DNA of 64,000 bases from IMG/VR virus record IMGVR_UViG_3300030041_000009, positions 1 through 64,000 of that record; one strand, written 5' to 3'. A program made the position numbers and the translations under genes. Positions 31,979-42,293 of this stretch are shown piece by piece; within the stretch, counting starts at the first letter, position 1, and each line of letters opens with the position of its first letter. The notes beneath the pieces were generated by a model, which saw nothing but the letters and a program-made list of their open reading frames with translations, did not search any database and had not been told where the DNA came from.

Positions 31979-32287
31979 TCAATTTTTATTTTTAATATAT
32001 TTATCATAAATAACTTCTGCAGTATATTCTTTTCTTTTATCTTTAAGATTATTAATTTCTTTTATTATTTCTGGATTATTATCAAAAATATTTCTAATAA
32101 ATAATACAGCGTCATCTGATTGCTTAAATGATTTTTCACTTATATTGTGTTCATTACAATATATGTAGTCAATATGATCAAATACATCATCAACATAATT
32201 TCTTATAGGTACTTTCCATCCAAATGAATTTATTTCATGATCTGGATTTTTATTGTACATCTCTGTTATTAATTTTATGTGATTCAT
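31979..32287 (-). CDS. Hypothetical protein with CTS-like leader
   Basis: MNHIKLITE; TTTATATATA upstream. Confidence 0.6.
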   Translation of the reverse strand: MNHIKLITEMYNKNPDHEINSFGWKVPIRNYVDDVFDHIDYIYCNEHNISEKSFKQSDDAVLFIRNIFDNNPEIIKEINNLKDKRKEYTAEVIYDKYIKNKN

Positions 32288-32360
32288 TGAAATAATTTTT
32301 TTATTATATATAAAAAATTAAATAATTTAATTTTTTTATTATATATAAAAAATTAAATAA

Positions 32361-34208
32361 TTATTTTATAAATTTTTCAACCTTTTTATTAGTATCTTCT
32401 TTTAAGTATATTTTATTCATTATATTAAATATATATTTAAAAAATTTTTTAAGTTCTTTTCGTTGAAATTTTCTTGAATCAATAAGAATATCACTATGTA
32501 TATTATTTAATTCAAATTTAGTATATATTGCTTTAAATAATATACTATTTTCTATAACACTATTATTTTTGAAATATATTCTTTCTAAATCATTACATTT
32601 TATTGTTCTATTTTTTATTTCATTAAATTCAGTCTCAATATAAATTTCATAAATTTTTCTTATTGTATTATTTTTAAATTTTGAAATAATATCTTTATCT
32701 ATAATATTATTAATCACAAGATAATTTAATATTTCTCTTTCATCATTTTCAATTAAAATATCATTTTCACTACTAATATTATTGATATCAAGTAGTTTTT
32801 TATTAACTTCATCAGGTGCAAATACTTTACCTTTTTCATCTGATTCATTCCATAGCATAGTTATTCCCCATTTAACTCCTGATATATCATTAATGATTTT
32901 ATTTCTAAATAAATCTAAAAACTTAATATCTTTATATGATTCTAATTTACATTTATTGAATATATTAGAGCAAGAACCTATACCATCATGCCCCCCTGCA
33001 ACAGTTCTATCATCATTATATCCCATATGAGTTTGAAAATTTTTTAATAAACCATCCATATATTTACCTAAATTATTAATCGGTAATCCTAATTTATCTT
33101 TTGGTAAATCTTCTTCTAACATATCTGACATTTTAGTTGTTAAATTTGCAAGTTGAAGAGTATTACCATATTGTAATAATACAAAATTTATTTTAGTATC
33201 ATTAGGTATGATGCCAGATTTTACATCTTGTGCAAAAATTGCTTTTGCTCTTAGAGCATTAGACCATGTACCAGATGGAACATACATAAGATTTACAATA
33301 ATTTGATATACAACTGGTTTAACTTGTAATTTTACTACATCTGAATTTATAATATTACCATCATTGTCATAATCTATATATGAAATATTTTGTGCGAATT
33401 TTTTCCAAAATTGTTCTTGTGAAGTGAATATAATTTTTTTACCATCTTCTGAGAATCCTTGATATTTTTCTCCAATACCTTTTGTTTTTATTTTCATTTG
33501 TGCTAATCTTAAATATGCATCAGATACAAAATCAGGTTCATCACCATTTTTGAAATTAGGATTGTTTTTAGGATAGAATATTTTAAATAACCTGAATATA
33601 TTATAAATTGATGGCTCTTGAGATGCATTTATAACTTCAATAAATGTTTTATGATCAGAACGTTTTAACATTTGATTAAATGATGCTGCAAAATTTAATT
33701 TTGCATTAGGCCCGCTAGCAATTTTTTTTAAATCAAAATCTAATATTCCTTTGATATCAACGTTATATTCTTCATATTTAGCAGAATCAACCATATCAAT
33801 CCAATCTTTAGTATCATTTGAAAACGGTATTCCTAATTGTAACGCTAAACCTTCAGCAGCAGAACCTGTATCAGTTTTTATGCTACCTTTCTTTTGAGCT
33901 ATTATTTTATCTTCTTCTGAAAAAACACCGTGATGATCAACGTAATAATTAAATATTTCGTCATCTGATGCAAAATCTAAAGTTATATTAATCAACGAGT
34001 CATCAAGTTTAAATGCTGAAACACCTTCTTGATAATCAATCAATCCATATTTGATAATTTTAAAATCATGATTAATTAAATAATTTTTCATTATTATTGC
34101 GGAAACAATTCCGTCTAAATCGTTGTGTGTAATTAAACATACATTTTTTCCAGATTTTCCTTTTTTAATCCAATAATTTATATTATTTGGAAGTCTTGGC
34201 GCTGCCAT
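32361..34208 (-). CDS. DHH-family phosphoesterase
   Basis: THNDLDG, LDF, VDHH, GSAA, AGGH. Confidence 0.8.
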   Translation of the reverse strand: MAAPRLPNNINYWIKKGKSGKNVCLITHNDLDGIVSAIIMKNYLINHDFKIIKYGLIDYQEGVSAFKLDDSLINITLDFASDDEIFNYYVDHHGVFSEEDKIIAQKKGSIKTDTGSAAEGLALQLGIPFSNDTKDWIDMVDSAKYEEYNVDIKGILDFDLKKIASGPNAKLNFAASFNQMLKRSDHKTFIEVINASQEPSIYNIFRLFKIFYPKNNPNFKNGDEPDFVSDAYLRLAQMKIKTKGIGEKYQGFSEDGKKIIFTSQEQFWKKFAQNISYIDYDNDGNIINSDVVKLQVKPVVYQIIVNLMYVPSGTWSNALRAKAIFAQDVKSGIIPNDTKINFVLLQYGNTLQLANLTTKMSDMLEEDLPKDKLGLPINNLGKYMDGLLKNFQTHMGYNDDRTVAGGHDGIGSCSNIFNKCKLESYKDIKFLDLFRNKIINDISGVKWGITMLWNESDEKGKVFAPDEVNKKLLDINNISSENDILIENDEREILNYLVINNIIDKDIISKFKNNTIRKIYEIYIETEFNEIKNRTIKCNDLERIYFKNNSVIENSILFKAIYTKFELNNIHSDILIDSRKFQRKELKKFFKYIFNIMNKIYLKEDTNKKVEKFIK

Positions 34209-34276
34209 ATTTTTATATCTTTAATAATTAGATTACAAAGATACAAAATATTTTTTATATACAACTATTTAAGTGA

Positions 34277-34774
34277 TTATTTTTTCTTTGATAGTAAAGA
34301 TGTTATATCATTAATAAATTTCTCAGAATTTTTTGGATTCATATTTTCAATTATAGTAAAATTTTGATTCCCTTTAATTTTTATTCCTTCTGTAATTTTT
34401 CTTAATTCAGGTTTTGTTGAATAATATTTTAATAAAGTATTGACGAATTCATTAATATTCATTTTTAATTTTTCATTATATTTAACAATATGTAATTGAT
34501 TATCTTTTTTTCTAATAAAGTAATCAGTATCTGAATATTTATTTTTTATAGTTTCTAATATATCAGTTATATGTCCGCTATTAAATTTTATAATTTTTTC
34601 CTCTAATATTTCAATACTCAACATAGAGTCATCTTTAGGAGCTAGTAAAACTTCTTCTTTTATAGGTTTAATAACCTTTTCAATAGTTTCATCTACTGCA
34701 TTATTTGATGAAATATTATCAGATTCTATTTTTGTATCAATTATATTAAAATCTGTATATTTTTTAATAGGCAT
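34277..34774 (-). CDS. Hypothetical protein, paralogue of 48550-48936
   Basis: Shared LxxxKYN...YY...KIxGNxxFxII. Confidence 0.65.
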   Translation of the reverse strand: MPIKKYTDFNIIDTKIESDNISSNNAVDETIEKVIKPIKEEVLLAPKDDSMLSIEILEEKIIKFNSGHITDILETIKNKYSDTDYFIRKKDNQLHIVKYNEKLKMNINEFVNTLLKYYSTKPELRKITEGIKIKGNQNFTIIENMNPKNSEKFINDITSLLSKKK

Positions 34775-34904
34775 ATTATATTGTTATTTTTTATTATATA
34801 TTAATAAATTAAAGTCATTTTTATTTTTTATTGAATAAAAGTTAATTATATAAAAAAAGATTATTACTTTATAGTAATAATCTTTTTTTGTGTTAAATAA
34901 TTAA

Positions 34905-35414
34905 TTAAATTTCTTGTGCTGGTACTTGAGATGCAGCAGATTGAGCACTTGGTTGAATAGTTGCTTGAACTTGTCCTTGTGCTGAGCCTGCAGGTTGAGC
35001 TTGTGCAGTTCTTGGTTGAACTTGTGCTTGTGCACCTTGTGCCTGTGGTTGAGCTTGTGAATCATCATTAAATTCATCTTGTGCACCTTGAGCTTGTGGT
35101 TGAGCCTGAACTGGTCCTTTATCTGAACCTGTTACTATTTCAACAGGAAGATTTTCTATGTTCAAATAATTTTCATTTGCCCATTGTACTAATCTTTCAG
35201 CTAATCTTTTTTCACCCATTTCTGCTCTTAAATCTTTACCAGAGCTTTCTTTTACTTTTTTGATGAATGATCCAACTAAAGATTTAGGAAGATCAACATC
35301 AACACTAACTCTATAAAAATCATCAATAGCATCTACCATTTCATTTATTGCTGAATCTTGTGTAATAGATTTCTTACCTTTGAAATCGTTTAAACTTAAA
35401 ATATTTTTTGTCAT
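34905..35414 (-). CDS. Hypothetical late protein with QAQPQ low-complexity tail
   Basis: ORF; two TTAATATATAAATAAAA copies upstream. Confidence 0.7.
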   Translation of the reverse strand: MTKNILSLNDFKGKKSITQDSAINEMVDAIDDFYRVSVDVDLPKSLVGSFIKKVKESSGKDLRAEMGEKRLAERLVQWANENYLNIENLPVEIVTGSDKGPVQAQPQAQGAQDEFNDDSQAQPQAQGAQAQVQPRTAQAQPAGSAQGQVQATIQPSAQSAASQVPAQEI

Positions 35415-35432
35415 TTTGTTGATATTATTTTT

Positions 35433-35466
35433 TTTTATTTATATATTAATTTTATTTATATATTAA
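35433..35466 (-). promoter_or_regulatory. Late-type promoter motif TT[AT]ATATATA (tandem copy; representative site)
   Basis: Motif recurs about 5-30 nt upstream of starts at 2068, 8729, 10455, 10538, 14270, 27498, 28258, 29779, 30162, 32287, 34774, 38578, 45309, 47111, 48550, 56208 and 59638; resembles T4 late TATAAATA. Confidence 0.6.
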
Positions 35467-35599
35467 AATTCATATGCCTATTTTTATTCAAGTATATATA
35501 TTAAATAAAAAAACTCATTTTTTGATTTTTTTATACTAAATAATTAATTAAACTTTATAAGAAAAATATTATAAATAAATCAAATTGAATAATTAAAAT

Positions 35600-36091
35600 A
35601 TGAAAATAAATATTATTGTAGCAGCATCAGAAAATTGGGTTATCGGTAATGATAATAAATTATTATGGAAACTTAGTAATGATCTTAAAAAATTTAAAGA
35701 ATTAACTCTAAATAAACCTATTATAATGGGTGATAAAACATTTTACTCTTTACCAAAAGGCGCATTACCAAATAGAATAAACATTATACTGACATTAGAT
35801 GAGAGTTTTAATGAACCTAATACAATTGCTGCATATTCAATAGAAGATGCTTTAAAAACAGCCGAAATGTATGGAGATGATGTTTTTATAACAGGCGGAG
35901 GTGGTATATATAAACAATTTTTAAATATTTCAGATACTGTATATTTAACTGTAGTTCATACAATTATAGATGGAGATACTAAATTTCCAGAACTTGATGA
36001 TAAATGGATTTGTATATCTGAAAAATTTGAATCAAAAGATGAAAAAAATGATTACGACCATACTTATAAAATATATAATAGAAAGATATGA
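35600..36091 (+). CDS. folA: Dihydrofolate reductase
   Basis: IVAASENWVIG, LLWKLSNDLKKFK, IIMG, LPNR, GGGGIY, GDTKFP. Confidence 0.95.
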   Translation: MKINIIVAASENWVIGNDNKLLWKLSNDLKKFKELTLNKPIIMGDKTFYSLPKGALPNRINIILTLDESFNEPNTIAAYSIEDALKTAEMYGDDVFITGGGGIYKQFLNISDTVYLTVVHTIIDGDTKFPELDDKWICISEKFESKDEKNDYDHTYKIYNRKI

Positions 36092-36339
36092 TAATATTAA
36101 AACGTAGTAAAATAAATGCGATGATAGAATTATTAAATCATAATAATTCATACATAGAAAATGATGATACTGAATATCTAATGAGTCACATATATAAAAC
36201 TTTAGAAATAAGAAAGAAAATTTCTATTAATAATAATTTTACTTCTGATGAATTTAAAGAAACTGCAAATTTTGTGAAATTATTGAACAATGAAGAATAT
36301 GAAAAATTAACAAATTATTACGTTGATGAAAATCAATAA
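36088..36339 (+). CDS. Hypothetical protein
   Basis: 83 aa ORF in the operon. Confidence 0.5.
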   Translation: MIILKRSKINAMIELLNHNNSYIENDDTEYLMSHIYKTLEIRKKISINNNFTSDEFKETANFVKLLNNEEYEKLTNYYVDENQ

Positions 36340-36359
36340 AACAAAAAAAATTAAAATTA

Positions 36360-37694
36360 ATGGCTAAAAAAGAAAAAAGTGATAAAATATTTGTACTCGA
36401 TACAAGTGTAATACTTTATGATCACAATGCAATTTACAATTTCGAAGAAAATGATGTCGCAATTCCTATTACAGTTTTTGAAGAATTAGACGATTTTAAA
36501 AAAGGTAACGATACAATTAATTACGAAGCAAGAGAATTTATTAGAAAAACAGACAAATTAGCAGCAAAAAATAATTTGAGTGATTGGATTTCTATTGGTA
36601 AAGGTAAAGGAAATTTGAAAGTTGTGATGAATGAAACTACTGGAACAACAGATGCTTGCGTAGTTTTTAAAACTACAAAACCAGATCATTTGATTTTAAA
36701 TACAGCAATCTCATTATCAGAAGAATATCCTAATAAAAAGATTATACTTGTATCAAAAGATATAAATCTGAGATTAAAAGCTAAATCATTAAATATTAAC
36801 GCAGAAGATTATTTAACAGGTAAAATCAAAGATACTGATAAATTATTTACAGGTAGATCAACAATAGAACTTGACGACGATGAAATAATTACAAAATTAT
36901 ATCAAAATAAAGTTTGTACACCTCAAGAATTAGGTATCACAGATCTATTAAATAATAAATATTTAATTATTAAATCTTCAACATCATCTGCATTAGCATA
37001 TTACAATTCTTTAACTCAACAAGTAGAAAGAATTGATAAAGAAACTTGTTATAAAATAACTCCAAGAAATTCAGAACAAATTTTTGCTCTACACGCATTA
37101 TTAAATCCTGATGTTAAATTAGTTTCATTACAAGGAGTCGCCGGTACAGGTAAAACATTGCTAGCATTGGCTGCAGCACTTCAGCAAAAAAGAAATTTTA
37201 AACAAATATTTTTGGCAAGACCAATTATACCTCTAAGTAACTCATCAATAGGCTATTTACCTGGCGATGTGTCGGAAAAAATATCCCCATATATGCTTGC
37301 ATTGTTCGATAACTTAAAATTTATACAAAGTCAGTTTAAAGATACTGATAAAGAATATAAATTTATTCAAGATTGTGTTAAAGAAGAAAAATTAGTAATT
37401 ACTCCGTTAGCATATATTCGTGGACGTAGTATTTCAAATGTATTTTTTATAGTAGACGAATCCCAAAATCTAACTCCTCACGAAATTAAGACTATTATAA
37501 CTAGAGCAGGAGAAGGAACTAAAATAGTATTCACTGGAGATATAAATCAAATTGATACTCCTTATTTAGATGCACAAAGTAATGGATTATCACATATGAT
37601 TGCTAAAATAAAAGGACAACCTATTTATTCTCACGTAACATTGGTAAAAGGAGAAAGATCCGAATTAGCAAATATCGCAAATGAATTATTATAA
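36360..37694 (+). CDS. phoH: PIN-PhoH (PhoH2-type) protein
   Basis: VLDTSV...EELD...SKDINLR PIN domain; GVAGTGKT, GYLPG, RGRS, DESQN, GDxxQID. Confidence 0.92.
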   Translation: MAKKEKSDKIFVLDTSVILYDHNAIYNFEENDVAIPITVFEELDDFKKGNDTINYEAREFIRKTDKLAAKNNLSDWISIGKGKGNLKVVMNETTGTTDACVVFKTTKPDHLILNTAISLSEEYPNKKIILVSKDINLRLKAKSLNINAEDYLTGKIKDTDKLFTGRSTIELDDDEIITKLYQNKVCTPQELGITDLLNNKYLIIKSSTSSALAYYNSLTQQVERIDKETCYKITPRNSEQIFALHALLNPDVKLVSLQGVAGTGKTLLALAAALQQKRNFKQIFLARPIIPLSNSSIGYLPGDVSEKISPYMLALFDNLKFIQSQFKDTDKEYKFIQDCVKEEKLVITPLAYIRGRSISNVFFIVDESQNLTPHEIKTIITRAGEGTKIVFTGDINQIDTPYLDAQSNGLSHMIAKIKGQPIYSHVTLVKGERSELANIANELL

Positions 37695-37695
37695 A

Positions 37696-37726
37696 TAAAA
37701 AAGCTACTCATTTGAGTAGCTTTTTT
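37696..37726. terminator. Bidirectional terminator
   Basis: AAAAAAGCTACTCATTTGAGTAGCTTTTTT. Confidence 0.8.
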
Positions 37727-38578
37727 TTATTTTTCTTTTTTAAGTTTAACAGCATCTTTAATACTAAATTTTTTAATTACTAGAGGATCATCAGGAGATT
37801 CAATATAAACATCTTTACCGTCAATTCTATTCACACGTCCATTCATAATATCATTATCTATGTATACACCAGCATTAAGAATTGATCTTTCTTTTGGTGT
37901 TTGTGGATCGATAACATTAAAGTCTGATATTTTTTTAACCCATTGTGCTTTTACTGCACCTATGCCGAAGTTTGGATCAGATTTAGGTTCTTCTTCTTGA
38001 CCTAACATAGTATATTTAGGCATTTCATTTGATTCTGTTATTTCATCAATTTTTAAATAATCATACAAATCTTCAACTTCTTTATCACTAATTGAATTTA
38101 ATGCATCTTCATCAATATCTGAGTTACTATTAAGTATTTCTTTTTTTAAAGTTTCAATATATTCACTATATTCGTCATATGCAGGTTTAGCTTCTACAGA
38201 ATCTCTACTATAATATTCTTTTATTACATCTTTTGCTACATCAGTTCTTTTTGTCTTTGTTACATTTTCTTCTTTCCAATTATCATCAAAATCTTTAAAT
38301 TTTAATACATTTTCAATATTTTTCATATTACTATAATTATTTTCTTTTATTGATTGATTTACTAATTTAGATTTGAACGCAATTGTTTGTAGTTTACTAT
38401 CCTTTGCAGCAAATTCATCCCAGCTTTCTATATGATGATCAACTGCATTACCTATATATTGAAGATTTGGAATGCCTTTATTCATTCTATCATTGGTTGT
38501 TAAATCTCCGATATCTTTTCCTTTGGTCTCTGCTCTTAATTTTTTTAATTGTCGAATACTAGTTTCTCTTGGTAACAT
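37727..38578 (-). CDS. Hypothetical late protein with TKRTDVAKD motif
   Basis: ORF; late-type motif upstream. Confidence 0.65.
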   Translation of the reverse strand: MLPRETSIRQLKKLRAETKGKDIGDLTTNDRMNKGIPNLQYIGNAVDHHIESWDEFAAKDSKLQTIAFKSKLVNQSIKENNYSNMKNIENVLKFKDFDDNWKEENVTKTKRTDVAKDVIKEYYSRDSVEAKPAYDEYSEYIETLKKEILNSNSDIDEDALNSISDKEVEDLYDYLKIDEITESNEMPKYTMLGQEEEPKSDPNFGIGAVKAQWVKKISDFNVIDPQTPKERSILNAGVYIDNDIMNGRVNRIDGKDVYIESPDDPLVIKKFSIKDAVKLKKEK

Positions 38579-38649
38579 ATTAAGTTGTTATTTTTTATGT
38601 ATATATTAAAAACCGTTTTCCGTTTTTTTATAAAAAAATGTTGTGAAAA

Positions 38650-40498
38650 TTAATTCACAACATTATCATTTTTCTTTTCCATTATTTTTATTAATTCAAG
38701 AATTTTTGTTTTTTCATTAAATGTTTGAATTTCTTTATCAGAAATTTCTAATGGTTTAAAATGTAAAACTATTTCACCTCCTGCTAATTTGTGTAATTTA
38801 CCTTCAACAGTATGCCAATCTAAAATTCTGTGAATTCCTTCTATATGTGAAATTACATTTTCATTTTTTGATATTTTAATAGCATGTTTTTTATTTCTTT
38901 TATAAATTTCAATCGAAGGACATCCTTGATTACTAATAATACCAATCTCTTTAGAATTTTCATCAAATAATTTAGAATAAATAGTGAACTCTATGTTACA
39001 ACGCTTTGTTGTATATCCAAGTGATATACATATATCTTCCATAAAATTAATATTAAATACATCATTTATGACATAGTATTCCATTATACCATATTTTTCA
39101 ATTATTGGATTTTTAATATTATTATTTTTTCCTATCCATTCTTCTTTTGTCATATTTGTCATTTTACCAACAATCATAATCAGTTATATTTTCTTCTTTT
39201 TTTAAAAGATTATCAATTATAATTACTGCAGTTCCTATTCCTGTTGGAGTAAATCTATAACTAAATCTACCGCCTATTGCTGTTTTCGGTGATTTTTTCT
39301 TTTTCTCTTGTTTTTTGATCCATTCATTTGCAGATTTTTCTTCTTTTTCATTTAAATAATATGTTATCATAATTTAATATATTTTTAATTGTTCAAGTTT
39401 TTGCTTACGAATATCTTGTTTACAAAAATGATGATAATCTATTAATCTAATAGTAATTAATTTCATTCTATTTTTTGCAAGTTCTATATCAAAATATTTT
39501 ACTGAATAACAAGCTAAATCATCAGTATACGTAGATAATTTTATATCTTTTATTATATTTTCACCTAATGAATTTATAGATTTTAAATAATTTTTAACTG
39601 ATGTATTTTTCATTATTTTAATTTCTTAATTGTTTTAATTTTTATATCTATCATTGATATCAATCTATTTATTTCTTGAGAATGAATGCCACCCTGTGAT
39701 ATTTTAATTAAATATTGAATATTTATATTATATAAATCTTCTAATATGGTAATTGTATCAGAATTATTTATCAAAGTTTCAAGTTCTGTACTATCATTCC
39801 AAAAAATTTTATTTTTCCTTGTAGAATTAGTAGTAATTATTATTAATGAAGAAAATAAAAAAGATATATAAAGCGCCAATTTAAGCATAATATTAACTGA
39901 AATATCTTTATCTATAGTAATAAAATAAACCATCGAATAAATAATAATAAAATATATCACGAATGATATACCAAAAATAATCCATAAAGAACATTTACTA
40001 AAAAATTTAGTTATTGCTTTCATAATTTTATTTTTTTAAACTGAAATAATATAGAATTAACCATGATAAAACTAATATAATAAAAATAATTAACAAATAA
40101 TATTTACTAAAAAAATTATTTATTGCTTTCATAATTTTATTTTTTAAATGTAAATACTAAAAAGTTTATAAACCTATGCTTATGAATAATATCAAACAAT
40201 TACTTTTAAATTTATTTGAGAAAATAGAATACATATTTAAAAATATAGTAAATTCGCTAATCAATTCTTTAAATTTTATATCTGCATCTTCTTGACTCAT
40301 TTTATTATCAAGTACATAATTTTTAATATCAATCATTCTATTTGATAAACTAAATACTTTTTCGACCATTTTGTCAGAAAAAACTCCAATCAAATCAAAT
40401 GTTTCCATTAATTTGTTGAAAGATTTATAATTATCAATATTATTATCATTTATCCAAGAATTTTCTAAATTAAAACTATAGTCTGATTTCATTTCCAT
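38650..40498 (-). CDS. Five hypothetical ORFs (38650, 39164, 39374 tagged, 39613 two-TM, 40166)
   Basis: Co-oriented packed ORFs. Confidence 0.6.
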
Positions 40499-40565
40499 TT
40501 ACATTTGTTTGTTTAATTAATAATGTACAAAGATAATAAAAATAATATGTAGTTCATTACATTTT

Positions 40566-40793
40566 TTATTTATTTAATTTTTTTTTAATGTTTTTTGAAT
40601 TAGATATTTTTTCAAGATTTTTTAATTTTTTAATTCTTTCTTCCTTTTTCTTTCTTTTGTTTTCGTATTTTTTTAATATTTCTGCAGTTTTAAAATTAAT
40701 AATTATAAAATCTCCTGATCCTGAAAGTTTTTTATTATGTATCAGATTAGATGCATCTAATAATTTTTGATAAAGTTCATTATTAATCGACAT
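40566..40793 (-). CDS. 75 aa mini-protein: major-capsid-like segment plus tag
   Basis: KLLDASNLIHNKKLSGSGDFIIINFKTAEIL...EERIKKLKNL. Confidence 0.6.
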   Translation of the reverse strand: MSINNELYQKLLDASNLIHNKKLSGSGDFIIINFKTAEILKKYENKRKKKEERIKKLKNLEKISNSKNIKKKLNK

Positions 40794-41265
40794 TTAATTT
40801 TTTTAATTTTTTGCTTCTTATATATTTAACAATATTAGAATTTTTATTAATTATATCATTACTAATATAACGAATACAATTTTCTTCTACTTCACAATAA
40901 TTATTGTAACAATTTTTTAATTTACATGCATCATATTTATCATAAGAATCCCATTCAATTCTTTTATTCGGACAATTTTCATCAATAAAATTAATAAATT
41001 TTTTCTTATTTTCAATATTAATATATCTATTCTTTGATGTTTTTATATCTGTTTTTATTGTGAAAGTTTTTAATGCACTTGATGATATAGTTAATTCTAT
41101 TTCAGCCTCATTATCTCTTATGGTGTATCCCGTTATTGAATCATAATCAATTATTGTGAATTCATGATAACAACTAAATTTACAATAACTTAAAGTTATT
41201 TCAGTTAATGATACAATTATATCTCTTACTTTAAATTCTGGATTTAAATAAATTGGAATTACCAT
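40783..41265 (-). CDS. Cys-containing hypothetical protein with tag
   Basis: Ends YIRSKKLKKL. Confidence 0.6.
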   Translation of the reverse strand: MVIPIYLNPEFKVRDIIVSLTEITLSYCKFSCYHEFTIIDYDSITGYTIRDNEAEIELTISSSALKTFTIKTDIKTSKNRYINIENKKKFINFIDENCPNKRIEWDSYDKYDACKLKNCYNNYCEVEENCIRYISNDIINKNSNIVKYIRSKKLKKLNVD

Positions 41266-41360
41266 ATTATATTTTTTTCAAAGATAATAAAAAAAAATTG
41301 AATTACCTACTATTTTAAAAATATTTATATAAAAAAAGTCCCATAAAGAGACTTTTTAAT

Positions 41361-41432
41361 TTGAGCAAGTGGTCTGATTTGAACAGAATCCTTTAACTGG
41401 AAGCTAAACGCATTAACATATGCTACCACTGC
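41361..41432 (-). tRNA. tRNA-Gly(TCC)-like, atypical (copy 1)
   Basis: GCAGTGG...TTTAG-CTTCCAG-TTAAA...TCTG-TTCAAAT-CAGA-CCACTTGC-TCAA; bulged acceptor stem, 4 bp T stem. Confidence 0.7.
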
Positions 41433-41435
41433 ATT

Positions 41436-42293
41436 TTAATAATATCTATATTTTTCATTCATATTTCCTTGATCCTTAATAACTTCATTAATTATAGATA
41501 ATAACTTTTTTTTATTTTTAATACATTTATTTTTAAATATATTTTCCCATTTTTTAAAATAATCTATTAATGGTAAATTTGAATCTATAAAATCTAAATT
41601 GTAATTATTTTTAATAATTTGTTCATTTAAATGATTAATTAAAACTATTAACGCTGGCTCTGATATTTTTTCTAACATATAATTATAAAATTTTTCAGCA
41701 TTAAAACTATCCAATTCTTCATATTTTTTCCATGATTCACATTCTTTAATTTTTTCTAATAAAATATTTTTATCTATGCTATTAAATTTCATTAAAAAAT
41801 GATACGCTTCTGAAACTCTAGCGTTTAATTCATTATCCAAAGATAAATAAATAAAATATGTAAAATCATTTAAAGGTGTCTCGATTTTGTTAAAATTTGT
41901 TATAATTTTTTGTAAATTAACATGAGTAGGTAAATCTCTTTGATTCTTAACCAAATTATAAAATTCTAAAACATGAGTCAATTCATGAGATATTTTACTT
42001 TTTATGATGTAATCATCAGTTCCAATAGGAACAAAAAAGTATAAATTTATATTTTTTAATATATTATTTGAAAAAGTATAATTTATAGGATCAAATTTAG
42101 CATAACAATCTAATCTTTTTTCAAAATTAATAGTCAATTTAATATTATATAAAGGAAATAAAATATCTTTTAAATCTAAAAAAATAATCTTATCTTCATA
42201 GTCTAAAAAATTAGTATAAATAATATCAGAATATGTTTTAATAATGTTAGAAATACCATTACCTTCATTGATAAAATTTAAATACTTTTTCAT
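41436..42293 (-). CDS. HExxH metallopeptidase, paralogue 3
   Basis: MKKYLNFINEGNGIS; SHELTH...YLSLDNELNAR. Confidence 0.7.
   Translation of the reverse strand: MKKYLNFINEGNGISNIIKTYSDIIYTNFLDYEDKIIFLDLKDILFPLYNIKLTINFEKRLDCYAKFDPINYTFSNNILKNINLYFFVPIGTDDYIIKSKISHELTHVLEFYNLVKNQRDLPTHVNLQKIITNFNKIETPLNDFTYFIYLSLDNELNARVSEAYHFLMKFNSIDKNILLEKIKECESWKKYEELDSFNAEKFYNYMLEKISEPALIVLINHLNEQIIKNNYNLDFIDSNLPLIDYFKKWENIFKNKCIKNKKKLLSIINEVIKDQGNMNEKYRYY

Noticed and set aside
40011-40148. Duplicated start of the 39613 membrane gene (34 aa mini-ORF)
   Set aside because: Real, but looks like an ordinary partial tandem duplication.
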